Source of the DNA: Escherichia phage isim
Sequence record: MN850597.1
Direction: 5' to 3' (one strand)
DNA: 64,000 nt
The translations under genes and the position numbers were made by a program. This document shows positions 9,705-17,034 of the stretch, piece by piece. The notes under the pieces are model-generated. The model did not search any database. It was not told where the DNA came from and worked only from the letters and a program-made list of their open reading frames with translations. Position 1 is the stretch's first letter. Each line of letters starts with the position of its first letter.

Positions 9705-10047
9705 ATATTCCCCCCTTGCTAACTTCAATATTGGCCTGAATAGCCCGGATACGGCGCTTTATAACTTCCTGATCTGTGTGGTCGTATCCCCAAAAGTCTA
9801 CAATTTTTGCGCCCCCCGCCTCCAGGCGGTATAGTGTTTCCTGCATTTTGTAAGCCGGGATCGGTCGCGGTGTTACTTGGTCACCTTCTTTATTTTTATA
9901 CTTTATAATATAATCTTCGTTATCGTTGAATGCCCAAAATGGATATTCTGCAAGGGCGGTACTTCCTCTTTCCTTTTTATCCTGGATCTTATTTACAATT
10001 AAAGCCGTAGCAATAGCGCCAATGATAAAACTAGCCCCGCTGATCAT
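9694..10047 (-). CDS. N-terminally membrane-anchored protein (117 aa)
   Basis: N-terminal hydrophobic helix MISGASFIIGAIATALIV; RBS AAAGGAG. Confidence 0.55.
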   Translation of the reverse strand: MISGASFIIGAIATALIVNKIQDKKERGSTALAEYPFWAFNDNEDYIIKYKNKEGDQVTPRPIPAYKMQETLYRLEAGGAKIVDFWGYDHTDQEVIKRRIRAIQANIEVSKGGIYEN

Positions 10048-10121
10048 GTACTTTCTCCTTTCATGGTGTTAATAAATTATCTTTATAGATGGCCCTGCAG
10101 CCAGGACCACCGAAAAAATAA

Positions 10122-10367
10122 CTATTTCACAATGCCTACAAAACAGATCCCGCCTTCACCTATATAAGCAATATCGGTCACTTTATAACTTGTCAAGATC
10201 TGTTTATTCAGTTCATTAATAAAATCGGTCATTGCGTTGGTGTAGTTGTCTTCCGTGTCTAAGGCATAATCCCAGGTGTACACCTTTTTACGTCCGAAGC
10301 CTTTTACCATGATACGGGCGCTTTTGGTGTTGGTAGGGGCATAATATTTGGTGATTAGTGCTGCCAT
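10122..10367 (-). CDS. hypothetical protein (81 aa)
   Basis: ORF; RBS AGAGGAG; preceded by palindromic promoter module copy 2. Confidence 0.55.
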   Translation of the reverse strand: MAALITKYYAPTNTKSARIMVKGFGRKKVYTWDYALDTEDNYTNAMTDFINELNKQILTSYKVTDIAYIGEGGICFVGIVK

Positions 10368-10407
10368 GGTTTTAACTCCTCTGTATTGGTTAAGTGTTAA
10401 CAGTCTA

Positions 10408-10456
10408 AAGTTTACTTTATTGATGGCCCTGAAGTCAAGGCCATCTAAAAATAAAT
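10408..10456 (-). promoter_or_regulatory. Conserved promoter/operator module copy 2 (-35 TTGACT, N18, -10 TAAACT inside the GATGGCC/GGCCATC palindrome)
   Basis: Same 48-bp element as 6697-6745; about 40 nt upstream of the 10367 start. Confidence 0.55.
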
Positions 10457-10798
10457 TTACTCGTTTTCTTCCAGTTCTGCAAGCTCTTCTTTCACTTCTT
10501 CCAGCTCTGTCTGCAATTCTTGGTACTCTTCATCGTCCTCAATATCCAGGCTGTCGATGTAGTCGCTAAATCCGCAGCGGTAAGCGATAGGATCTAGCTC
10601 CTTGAGGATACGCGACGGAAGAAAAGAAATGTTTCCGATCATAATTTCGCCGTAGATCTCGTCTAACCATTCATCATAGTTTTCGTCGTACTTGTCCTCG
10701 TCGATTTCAAAGTTATCGATCTTATTCTCAAGGTCTGCGATCTGTTTTTTCAGGGCAGCGATCTGAATAGCTTTTTCTGCGGCGGTCATAGTGGTCAT
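10457..10798 (-). CDS. acidic coiled-coil protein (113 aa)
   Basis: ORF rich in E/D with heptad-like segments; RBS present. Confidence 0.55.
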   Translation of the reverse strand: MTTMTAAEKAIQIAALKKQIADLENKIDNFEIDEDKYDENYDEWLDEIYGEIMIGNISFLPSRILKELDPIAYRCGFSDYIDSLDIEDDEEYQELQTELEEVKEELAELEENE

Positions 10799-11027
10799 GG
10801 TGTTTTCTCCTTTTGTGTGTTCTGGGAAGTTTTCCCGTTGATGTGTTTAGTATACCGATCTAAGTTAGCTTGTCAATTAAAAGTTTAAGAAAAATTTTGC
10901 GACACCGTTGGCGCTACCCATCAACATTTGCGCCAGGATATAACCAATGATGCAAACGATAATAGTTACCTTTGTGTGCTGGCGTGTAGTGCTCATCTTC
11001 AAGCCTCCTTTTAGCTTAACTGGGATT

Positions 11028-11076
11028 AGTTTACTTTATTGATGGCCCTGGCGTCAAGGCCATCTAAAAATAAACT
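11028..11076 (-). promoter_or_regulatory. Conserved promoter/operator module copy 3 (-35 TTGACG, N18, -10 TAAACT)
   Basis: Third copy with one substitution in the palindrome (ctggcgtc vs ctgaagtc). Confidence 0.5.
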
Positions 11077-11471
11077 CAGTAAGTTTTCAGTACTTTCCCG
11101 TCCAACCTGTCTAACTGAATCTCAATAGCTGCAGAAAACCTATTGTAAACCACATCGCCCAGGGAGTCCAGCCAATCTATGACGTTATACACCTGCTCTT
11201 TATTCTTGCAAGTCCGGATCCGTTTCATTACGTAAGACGGATCAATATTAGTACTCCCGTTGTTGTGGTCATGCGCCTGGCCTGCTGCACTGGTTATAGA
11301 TTTTACAACCACCTGAAAGGGCTTTAAGGTGCCTTTTGCGTTCATCTCACGCGCTTTTGCGGCGCGGTTGTTATATGTTACACAACGGCGGCAAATGTTG
11401 AATAAATGCATGTCAATAATTTTTTCATCGTTTGCCAGTTCGTTCATGATGCGGCGTACGTTCTTATTCAT
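11076..11471 (-). CDS. hypothetical protein (131 aa)
   Basis: ORF with RBS; upstream 5' hairpin GGCGGGAAACATCCCGCC. Confidence 0.6.
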   Translation of the reverse strand: MNKNVRRIMNELANDEKIIDMHLFNICRRCVTYNNRAAKAREMNAKGTLKPFQVVVKSITSAAGQAHDHNNGSTNIDPSYVMKRIRTCKNKEQVYNVIDWLDSLGDVVYNRFSAAIEIQLDRLDGKVLKTY

Positions 11472-11516
11472 AGCTTTTCCTCTGTGTTGGCGGGATGTTT
11501 CCCGCCTTTTGTGTCT

Positions 11517-11544
11517 AGTTTACTTGAATTTTGCAGCGTGTCAA
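11517..11544 (-). promoter_or_regulatory. sigma70-like promoter (-35 TTGACA, N16, -10 TAAACT)
   Basis: Hexamers read on minus strand upstream of the 11471 start. Confidence 0.45.
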
Positions 11545-11551
11545 CAATTTT

Positions 11552-11950
11552 TTATTCGTGGGCACATGTTACAATGTGCTTTTTATAGCCCAGGTGGGCA
11601 GCAAGTGCCGCCAAAAACTCATCTTCATAGATCCAGCCGTTGGCAGTGATCCCCATAGCATTTAATGCGCTCTCAAGTGCTGCGTTAGCTTTATCATAAC
11701 CGTGACCGCTCGCCTTGCCGCCAGTATAACCGTACTTATTGTTCTTGTTGTCGTGTATCCAAAAAACGCAGTAGTTAGTGTTACCGCTGGCGGCGGCATA
11801 GTACCGGATCTCCGCTACTTCGTGCAAATTATTATCATCGTCCAGGCCAACCAGATTATAAGCCTTGTAAAATCCACGATCACGGCGGCAATTCTTAACA
11901 TCAGAAAAAGAGAAGTCGGCATTGTCAAAATTAAAGGTTGTAGTTTTCAT
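11552..11950 (-). CDS. hypothetical protein (132 aa)
   Basis: ORF with RBS; consensus promoter upstream. Confidence 0.6.
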   Translation of the reverse strand: MKTTTFNFDNADFSFSDVKNCRRDRGFYKAYNLVGLDDDNNLHEVAEIRYYAAASGNTNYCVFWIHDNKNNKYGYTGGKASGHGYDKANAALESALNAMGITANGWIYEDEFLAALAAHLGYKKHIVTCAHE

Positions 11951-11982
11951 GATTTTATCCTCTTAGTGTCTTTTGTGATTTA

Positions 11983-12011
11983 AGTATATTTTGTGTCAGA
12001 CTACGTGTCAA
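11983..12011 (-). promoter_or_regulatory. sigma70-like promoter (-35 TTGACA, N17, -10 TATACT)
   Basis: Plus 12006-12011 tgtcaa and 11983-11988 agtata read TTGACA/TATACT on minus. Confidence 0.5.
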
Positions 12012-12014
12012 TAT

Positions 12015-12212
12015 TTATTTTTTATTAAACCAGTGGTTGATCTGACCTTTTGTCAGGGCGCAACGGTTAAGCTGTTGCAGGGTATAGCTATGACCGCGAC
12101 GAAATTTATAAAGGCCTTGCCCGTTGTTGATGGTTACATCCACCCGGCAAATCACTTGGTCGGTGACCACCTGGCGAGTGTTGCGACGTACTTTGATTCC
12201 GTATGCGTTCAT
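12015..12212 (-). CDS. hypothetical basic protein (65 aa)
   Basis: ORF; RBS AGAGAGGA. Confidence 0.5.
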   Translation of the reverse strand: MNAYGIKVRRNTRQVVTDQVICRVDVTINNGQGLYKFRRGHSYTLQQLNRCALTKGQINHWFNKK

Positions 12213-12296
12213 GATTTTTATCCTCTCTGTTAATTGGTGTGGTGTTGTTCACCTTGCGAGGATAAGAATAACAAGAACTGTCCGAGCTGTCAACCA

Positions 12297-12473
12297 TTAG
12301 TTAAAATTATTTTTTGGGTAGAATTCTCCAGCCGCCGCCCCTGCCAGGTTAACCATCATTTTTTCGTACTCTTCTTTATGTTCCAACGCTCCCACCATAG
12401 CCTTTTCAACCAGGGCGATAGCCTCAGCGTCATTAATAGCTACATTTTCCAGGGGGATCATATTACCTTCCAT
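12297..12473 (-). CDS. small protein (58 aa, MEGNMIPLENVAINDAEAIALVEKAMVGALEHKEEYEKMMVNLAGAAAGEFYPKNNFN), first gene of the early block
   Basis: Hand translation checked; strong RBS GAGGAGG 8 nt upstream; overlaps a likely spurious plus ORF. Confidence 0.45.
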   Translation of the reverse strand: MEGNMIPLENVAINDAEAIALVEKAMVGALEHKEEYEKMMVNLAGAAAGEFYPKNNFN

Positions 12474-12656
12474 TTTTGTACCTCCTCTTCAATTGTTACC
12501 TATCCTATAGCATAGGCCCACCAGGTTTGCAAGCCTTCATTATCTCCTACCTGGTCAGTTAGGCCCTGCCAGGCTGGCCCCGCCAGGTTGCAGCGGTCAG
12601 CGCATCAGGTTAGAAATTTTTTTTTTGAAAAGTGTTGACAGCGGCCCCGCCAGGTG
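12337..12656. repeat. Cluster of GGCCC(C/T/A)(G/A)CCAGG repeats (12337, 12515, 12562, 12576, 12643; one more at 5485)
   Basis: Direct reading of a 12-13-mer recurring five times within 320 bp. Confidence 0.55.
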
Positions 12657-12900
12657 GCAAAATACACCTATCGAAAGGACGGCAGGCACCGGTGACGGGG
12701 GAGACAACCACCGGGGATGGGCGCTGCATGAAATGAGAACGATTATCATTATCGTCTAAAAATTTATGCAAAAACTTCTTGCTTTCTTTGTCCTGTGTGT
12801 TACTATAATAACAAGCCGGGGCAGTAGGGGCCGGGAGACAATCACCGGGCCTGCCCGTTATTCTGCAAACGAGAATGATTATCATTCAAAATTCTAAATG
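12635..12900. repeat. Two tandem copies of a structured non-coding unit (core GGGAGACAAYCACCGGG ... CTGCA-AAA-GAGAAYGATTATCATT), each with a Fur-box-like palindrome
   Basis: Units at about 12647-12760 and 12812-12900; plus-strand TTGACA at 12635 and TATAAT near 12809 precede them; GAGAACGATTATCATTATC at 12735-12753 matches 16/19 of the classical Fur-box consensus. Confidence 0.5.
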
Positions 12901-13059
12901 AGAACTCCTCGCATTTAATAAATTTAATTAGCACGCTAATTACCCTCCGTAACAATTTCCTATAAAATAGTCTCCACTAAAATATTCCCATATAGAAATT
13001 TTAAAAATCCATTTCTGAAAACGAAAAATCGATTTCGTCCCCAAAAATTTCAGGTCGAG

Positions 13060-13200
13060 AGCCGGAACGATTTCCAGAAAATCCGATTCAGAAAACGAAA
13101 AACAGATCGAGTACTGAGAAATTTATCGAGAAAAATTTTCAGAAAATCCAAGCCATGAAATGAAAAGTAGATCGAGTACTGGAAAAATTGTACCGCAACT
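13060..13200. repeat. AT-rich tandem direct repeats (about 52-bp unit: CAGAAAATCC ... GAAAA ... AGATCGAGTACTG ... GAAA)
   Basis: Two near-complete copies plus a partial copy; no ORF. Confidence 0.5.
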
Positions 13201-13419
13201 CACTGATAGTGATGGGTTTTCCGTCATAAATCAATAAGGGTGAGTGGAGAAAGGTATGGTGGAGAGGTGTGTATGTGTAGGAAATCTGGAACGGTGATCT
13301 CGAATATGGTGCAAACGGCTAGATAGGTTGGCACAATTTTCCGCGCCTGTGTTGAAAAAATCCATTTTAGTTTTCGATCCATTTTCTGATTTTCTAAGGA
13401 TTTTAAAATATCCTGGTAG

Positions 13420-13485
13420 GTAAAATATCAAAAGGAGGAAATCCATTTTAGAAATCCTCCTGATCTCTGGCAACCTGATAACTTA
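13420..13485 (-). terminator. Intrinsic terminator(s) ending the minus-strand middle block: hairpin GGAGGA-N15-UCCUCC followed by a U-rich tract, and an adjacent CCTGATA/TATCAGG hairpin
   Basis: Inverted repeats read directly; the U-run follows the first hairpin on the minus strand after the 13491 stop. Confidence 0.45.
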
Positions 13486-13490
13486 AAATA

Positions 13491-13823
13491 TCAGGCTCCC
13501 AGTGTGTTCTTTCCTTTATACAACCGTAAGGGTATAGTTTTTGTAACAGTCCATCTCCCCAGCCCTTCCCAGTTCCAGTTGTAGGCATGGTACCCGGTTA
13601 CGCATGCACTGCTGGAGTGATCATAGGCATAAGAGAACGCTATACGCACCAAATGAAACCAGTCTTTCCACGGTTGTGGTCCGTAAGCTTTTCTCCAACA
13701 CCGACACAAGCTAAATGTCTCAAGAATAGGCAGGATAACAAATCCATACACCGCCACCAGAATAGCCAACGCAATGATTGTCAGGAATACATACCCTGCA
13801 GTTGAAACGATGATCTCTGTCAT
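13491..13823 (-). CDS. membrane protein (110 aa)
   Basis: N-terminal hydrophobic segment VFLTIIALAILVAVYGFVILPIL. Confidence 0.5.
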   Translation of the reverse strand: MTEIIVSTAGYVFLTIIALAILVAVYGFVILPILETFSLCRCWRKAYGPQPWKDWFHLVRIAFSYAYDHSSSACVTGYHAYNWNWEGLGRWTVTKTIPLRLYKGKNTLGA

Positions 13824-14023
13824 TTGTCGTCCCCTTTCTTATGGATATAGATGTGAGAGCCTGCCTGTATATAAATTTCTCGACCATCTTCTGCAAAGAT
13901 ATGAAATACACGATCACCTTCATACTCGATACGTGATATCTTCATAATGGTCTTTCCACCTGGGATGCGGATCTCGTCCCCCACAGCGATGTTCCATGCA
14001 GATTTAAGCTTAAACATCTGCAC
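13820..14023 (-). CDS. hypothetical protein (67 aa)
   Basis: ORF; start overlaps upstream stop. Confidence 0.45.
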   Translation of the reverse strand: MQMFKLKSAWNIAVGDEIRIPGGKTIMKISRIEYEGDRVFHIFAEDGREIYIQAGSHIYIHKKGDDK

Positions 14024-14255
14024 CCTCCTTTGGGAGCTCTAACTCTGGCATAGCCATATACGCCACAACAGGGTTGTAATCAAAGTAGAAATGACCGTTA
14101 ATTATCCCAGTTTTGTGCACATAGTCGCCAGATCCTGCAAGAACAACCTCGCAAACTCCGAAATCCACCTTGCCATTCTCATCTGCCATGGCTACAATAT
14201 ACTTTCCAAGAGGCATGTTTTTAACGCCGTCTACGAATGTCCACCCTTTGTTCAT
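14010..14255 (-). CDS. hypothetical protein (81 aa)
   Basis: ORF in series. Confidence 0.45.
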   Translation of the reverse strand: MNKGWTFVDGVKNMPLGKYIVAMADENGKVDFGVCEVVLAGSGDYVHKTGIINGHFYFDYNPVVAYMAMPELELPKEGADV

Positions 14256-14275
14256 ACTTTATCTCCTGCACGTTC

Positions 14276-14608
14276 TTAAGGCAACCAGTAAACAATCTCG
14301 CCTTTCAGCTTCATGTCGTTTCCAACATAAATTTCCCAGCCATCCATCTTAGCACTTGCAGGCCCAAAGTCAACCGCACCCCTTACCTCTTTCCAGGCTC
14401 TGTAGTCAGGTTGCCAGATATAGAATCCACCTTCTTTGTCCCATGCTCCGTACACTACGTTTAACAGGTTTCCCATTGCAACAATGGTGGGCCGTGGGAA
14501 TAATACATCTACAGATGCGCCACAATTTCTGGTATCTTTTAAGTTGCAATCCCAAAAGATGTCTGCCAGTGTGGCGGCGATAGCTTTACGTCTTTCTAAT
14601 GTTACCAT
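14276..14608 (-). CDS. hypothetical protein (110 aa)
   Basis: ORF in series. Confidence 0.5.
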   Translation of the reverse strand: MVTLERRKAIAATLADIFWDCNLKDTRNCGASVDVLFPRPTIVAMGNLLNVVYGAWDKEGGFYIWQPDYRAWKEVRGAVDFGPASAKMDGWEIYVGNDMKLKGEIVYWLP

Positions 14609-14617
14609 ATATCATAC

Positions 14618-14809
14618 TCACTTGTTGTTAATAAGTTCTAAAACTTTCTGTCTTACTTTGTCAAGGTCTGTTGATTCAAAAACTGTACGATATCCCCAAC
14701 TTTGCCCATAGGAGTGACTGCAATCCCCGTAGCACCATTGCTCAATTTGATAGTATTCAAGGAACGGGTGCTGTCTAACTATGATACCATCCCGGTTAAA
14801 AATTACCAT
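14618..14809 (-). CDS. hypothetical protein (63 aa)
   Basis: ORF in series. Confidence 0.4.
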   Translation of the reverse strand: MVIFNRDGIIVRQHPFLEYYQIEQWCYGDCSHSYGQSWGYRTVFESTDLDKVRQKVLELINNK

Positions 14810-14872
14810 AATACATCGCTCTCTGTTAGTTTATGCGTATACTATACACTGCAGTTTTCAGATGTCAACCTC

Positions 14873-15067
14873 TTATAGATTGCTCCAGTACAATCGGCAT
14901 TTACATTTTGGGCAATGAGGTTCTTTTATGTAATAACCGTCAGTCTTTGGAACACTTTTTGGTGCAGTTTTAAGATTGTACCGAGTAAAACACCTGAAGC
15001 AGGTTACCTCTCCGACCTGTTGATCGTTGATCCACTCGCCAGAGTAAAGCTCTTTCTTGTTTCTCAT
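14873..15067 (-). CDS. small zinc-ribbon-like protein (CxxC ... CxxC; start moved to internal ATG)
   Basis: Cys pairs CFRCF and CPKCKC; RBS before the MRNKK start. Confidence 0.4.
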   Translation of the reverse strand: MRNKKELYSGEWINDQQVGEVTCFRCFTRYNLKTAPKSVPKTDGYYIKEPHCPKCKCRLYWSNL

Positions 15068-15264
15068 AATTCTCTCCCCAATCCTCTGCAATCTTCTACC
15101 AGAATCTCCAGCCAGAAAGCACAAGGGAACACTTTAAGGATTGAATCTTTACTCGGTTCGGAAGTTATTTTTCCGTAGGGCAGGTAGAAATACCCTCCTG
15201 CAGATTCGAACACGGCCCCTTCGGTCGTATCTATCACAGCCAGAATTAAGATTTTAGTCTCCAT
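15064..15264 (-). CDS. hypothetical protein (66 aa)
   Basis: ORF in series. Confidence 0.4.
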   Translation of the reverse strand: METKILILAVIDTTEGAVFESAGGYFYLPYGKITSEPSKDSILKVFPCAFWLEILVEDCRGLGREL

Positions 15265-15320
15265 AGTGGTGCTCCCTCTCTCAATCGTTGTGGTGACTAT
15301 ACCATCTCAAAAGTCAGCTG

Positions 15321-15779
15321 TCAACACTCTTTGTACTCCACCACGATAATATCTATATCAAAAGTGGCGAGGTTAATAACGTCCTCTACGTGCTCCCACT
15401 TCAAACCGCCTATGCCGCACCCTATCTTAGGGATGTAGAATGGTAAAGTCGATCCCTCGAATACCTCATTGACTAGCTCAAAGCCTTTCAGGATTGAGAA
15501 ATATTCAGCATTAGGCCCTGGGTAGAACTGAGTATACAGATTGATTCCGTAGACAATACCTCTCGGAGATAAGTGCTCCCATCGGGAGAACGCACCCAGT
15601 TTACTTAGGCAACCGTGTCTGGTCTCTTTGTCGGCTGACAATGCTTGAGGAAACTCACGGGCAATCTGTTTTGCTATGCCCTTACCCATTGTGTGGAAGC
15701 AGTTACAACCGTGGATTAGGTGACCAGCACCGCTCTTAAAAAGGGAGATTAAATCTCCCTTTACAGTATCAATAATCAC
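15321..15779 (-). CDS. macro-domain (ADP-ribose binding/processing) protein (152 aa)
   Basis: N-terminal VKGDLISLF...HLIHGCNCFHTMGKGIAKQI and C-terminal PKIGCGIGGL resemble macro-domain signatures (GDIT...AIVNAAN...GGGV and ISTGIYGYP). Confidence 0.55.
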   Translation of the reverse strand: MIIDTVKGDLISLFKSGAGHLIHGCNCFHTMGKGIAKQIAREFPQALSADKETRHGCLSKLGAFSRWEHLSPRGIVYGINLYTQFYPGPNAEYFSILKGFELVNEVFEGSTLPFYIPKIGCGIGGLKWEHVEDVINLATFDIDIIVVEYKEC

Positions 15780-16194
15780 GGTATGCCAGCTCCTCTTCTA
15801 CGATACTGAAAAATTCTTCCCAGCTTTGAGGCATGTTGGTGTTTCCGAAGTGACTCTCATAGTAAAGGTTCTCACCACTCGGGAGATAGAAATCTGTTAC
15901 CTCATAGAATCCACAATCGTCGCACTCACCTTCTTCAAACTTGGCCTCAACCTTAATACCGAGGAAGGTGAAAAGTTTATGGATATCTTCAGTTTCGAAC
16001 TCCCAGTGAATGTTGTTTTCCGCATCGGTGTAGAACTGGATCAGCAGACCATTGTCCAGTTTACCAAAATATTCTGTGAAGTAACTTCCTCCCCAGAAAT
16101 CTTTATGACAAATAATATCCATGCGTTTGCCCATAATAATGGTGTGAGCGTTTTGGGCATCGTCACGAATCAGTTTTGGCATTTCATAGATCAT
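15769..16194 (-). CDS. hypothetical protein (141 aa)
   Basis: ORF; start overlaps the macro-domain gene. Confidence 0.5.
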   Translation of the reverse strand: MIYEMPKLIRDDAQNAHTIIMGKRMDIICHKDFWGGSYFTEYFGKLDNGLLIQFYTDAENNIHWEFETEDIHKLFTFLGIKVEAKFEEGECDDCGFYEVTDFYLPSGENLYYESHFGNTNMPQSWEEFFSIVEEELAYRDY

Positions 16195-16262
16195 CTTAGT
16201 TCTCCGGGTTCAACAGGTGGTGGTGCTACAGGAAGATCATAAAACATGGCTATCACAGTCTC

Positions 16263-16460
16263 TTACACAGGAATTGCTTCAAATAGACCGTTATCTATAC
16301 CGTCCTTCAGATAGAGATTATATTCTATGTCGGTATCTGTATAAAGGGCAGCATCCAGCATTCTATCTGTGAGTCCATCCATCGGGTGGAGAAACCACCA
16401 CCCACGCCAGTCAAAGTAACAGCCTGGTGCATCTTCTCTTACACGGATTCGATAAATCAT
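16263..16460 (-). CDS. hypothetical protein (65 aa)
   Basis: ORF in series. Confidence 0.4.
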   Translation of the reverse strand: MIYRIRVREDAPGCYFDWRGWWFLHPMDGLTDRMLDAALYTDTDIEYNLYLKDGIDNGLFEAIPV

Positions 16461-16555
16461 GGGCAGTGGCCTCCTGTTAGTTATACATCCCAGTTTTCTT
16501 CGTTCATCACGTCCTCCCGTCTATGAAGTTATAATTGCACACCTTTCAACCTGTG

Positions 16556-16972
16556 TCAACAGAAAACTTCAACAAACTCTTCCACAGTTTTAATGTCGTG
16601 GGAAAAAGGTTTACGGCTATAACGGGCAATAGCACTATCAACCACCGCTCGGTACTCAAGATCTTCAGAGTATTTCATGAAGCATTGCAGTGTTTCTGGA
16701 CAGATAGCTAGATAGCTCCACCACCCTTCATCAGATTGATAGTCAAAGCCCATGCTCTCCAACCATGAAGCATATACGCCTGCACCTTCCAGCCAGTGAG
16801 TATTTTCATCCAGAAACTTGTTAACAGACATGTGAGCTTCTAAGCACTTGTCCAGCTCTTTTCCGTTAACCAGCCACGCACTAACTGTGGCGCATCCAAG
16901 GTCTACAGATTGAGTTGACAGGTTGTATTGGTCATAGTTCTCAGGTTTAACAATGATATCTTCTAATGTCAT
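16556..16972 (-). CDS. hypothetical protein (138 aa)
   Basis: ORF; RBS AAGGAGA; preceded by a terminator-like hairpin. Confidence 0.55.
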   Translation of the reverse strand: MTLEDIIVKPENYDQYNLSTQSVDLGCATVSAWLVNGKELDKCLEAHMSVNKFLDENTHWLEGAGVYASWLESMGFDYQSDEGWWSYLAICPETLQCFMKYSEDLEYRAVVDSAIARYSRKPFSHDIKTVEEFVEVFC

Positions 16973-16998
16973 TTTTCAGATCTCCTTATACAAAAATG

Positions 16999-17024
16999 CC
17001 CCACCCTTTCGGGCAGGGCTATGT
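16999..17024 (-). terminator. GAAA-tetraloop hairpin (CCCUGCCC-GAAA-GGGUGGGG) followed by a U-run; identical copy at 27975
   Basis: 20-nt sequence identical at the two sites; on the minus strand a UUUUU tract follows, directly after the 17035 stop. Confidence 0.55.
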
Positions 17025-17034
17025 TAACTAGATG

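Noticed and set aside
10916-10996. Possible small hydrophobic ORF after promoter module copy 3
   Set aside because: My first hand translation gave a 39-aa hydrophobic peptide, but rechecking showed I had dropped a base: the ATG frame with the strong AAGGAGG RBS stops after 27 aa, and the hydrophobic frame has no start codon. Not called.
12610-13473. ORFs 12610..12885 and 13231..13473 inside the repeat-rich non-coding region
   Set aside because: They span the tandem repeat units, have Pro/Arg/His-rich low-complexity translations and lack an RBS; the region is better explained as regulatory or structural DNA.
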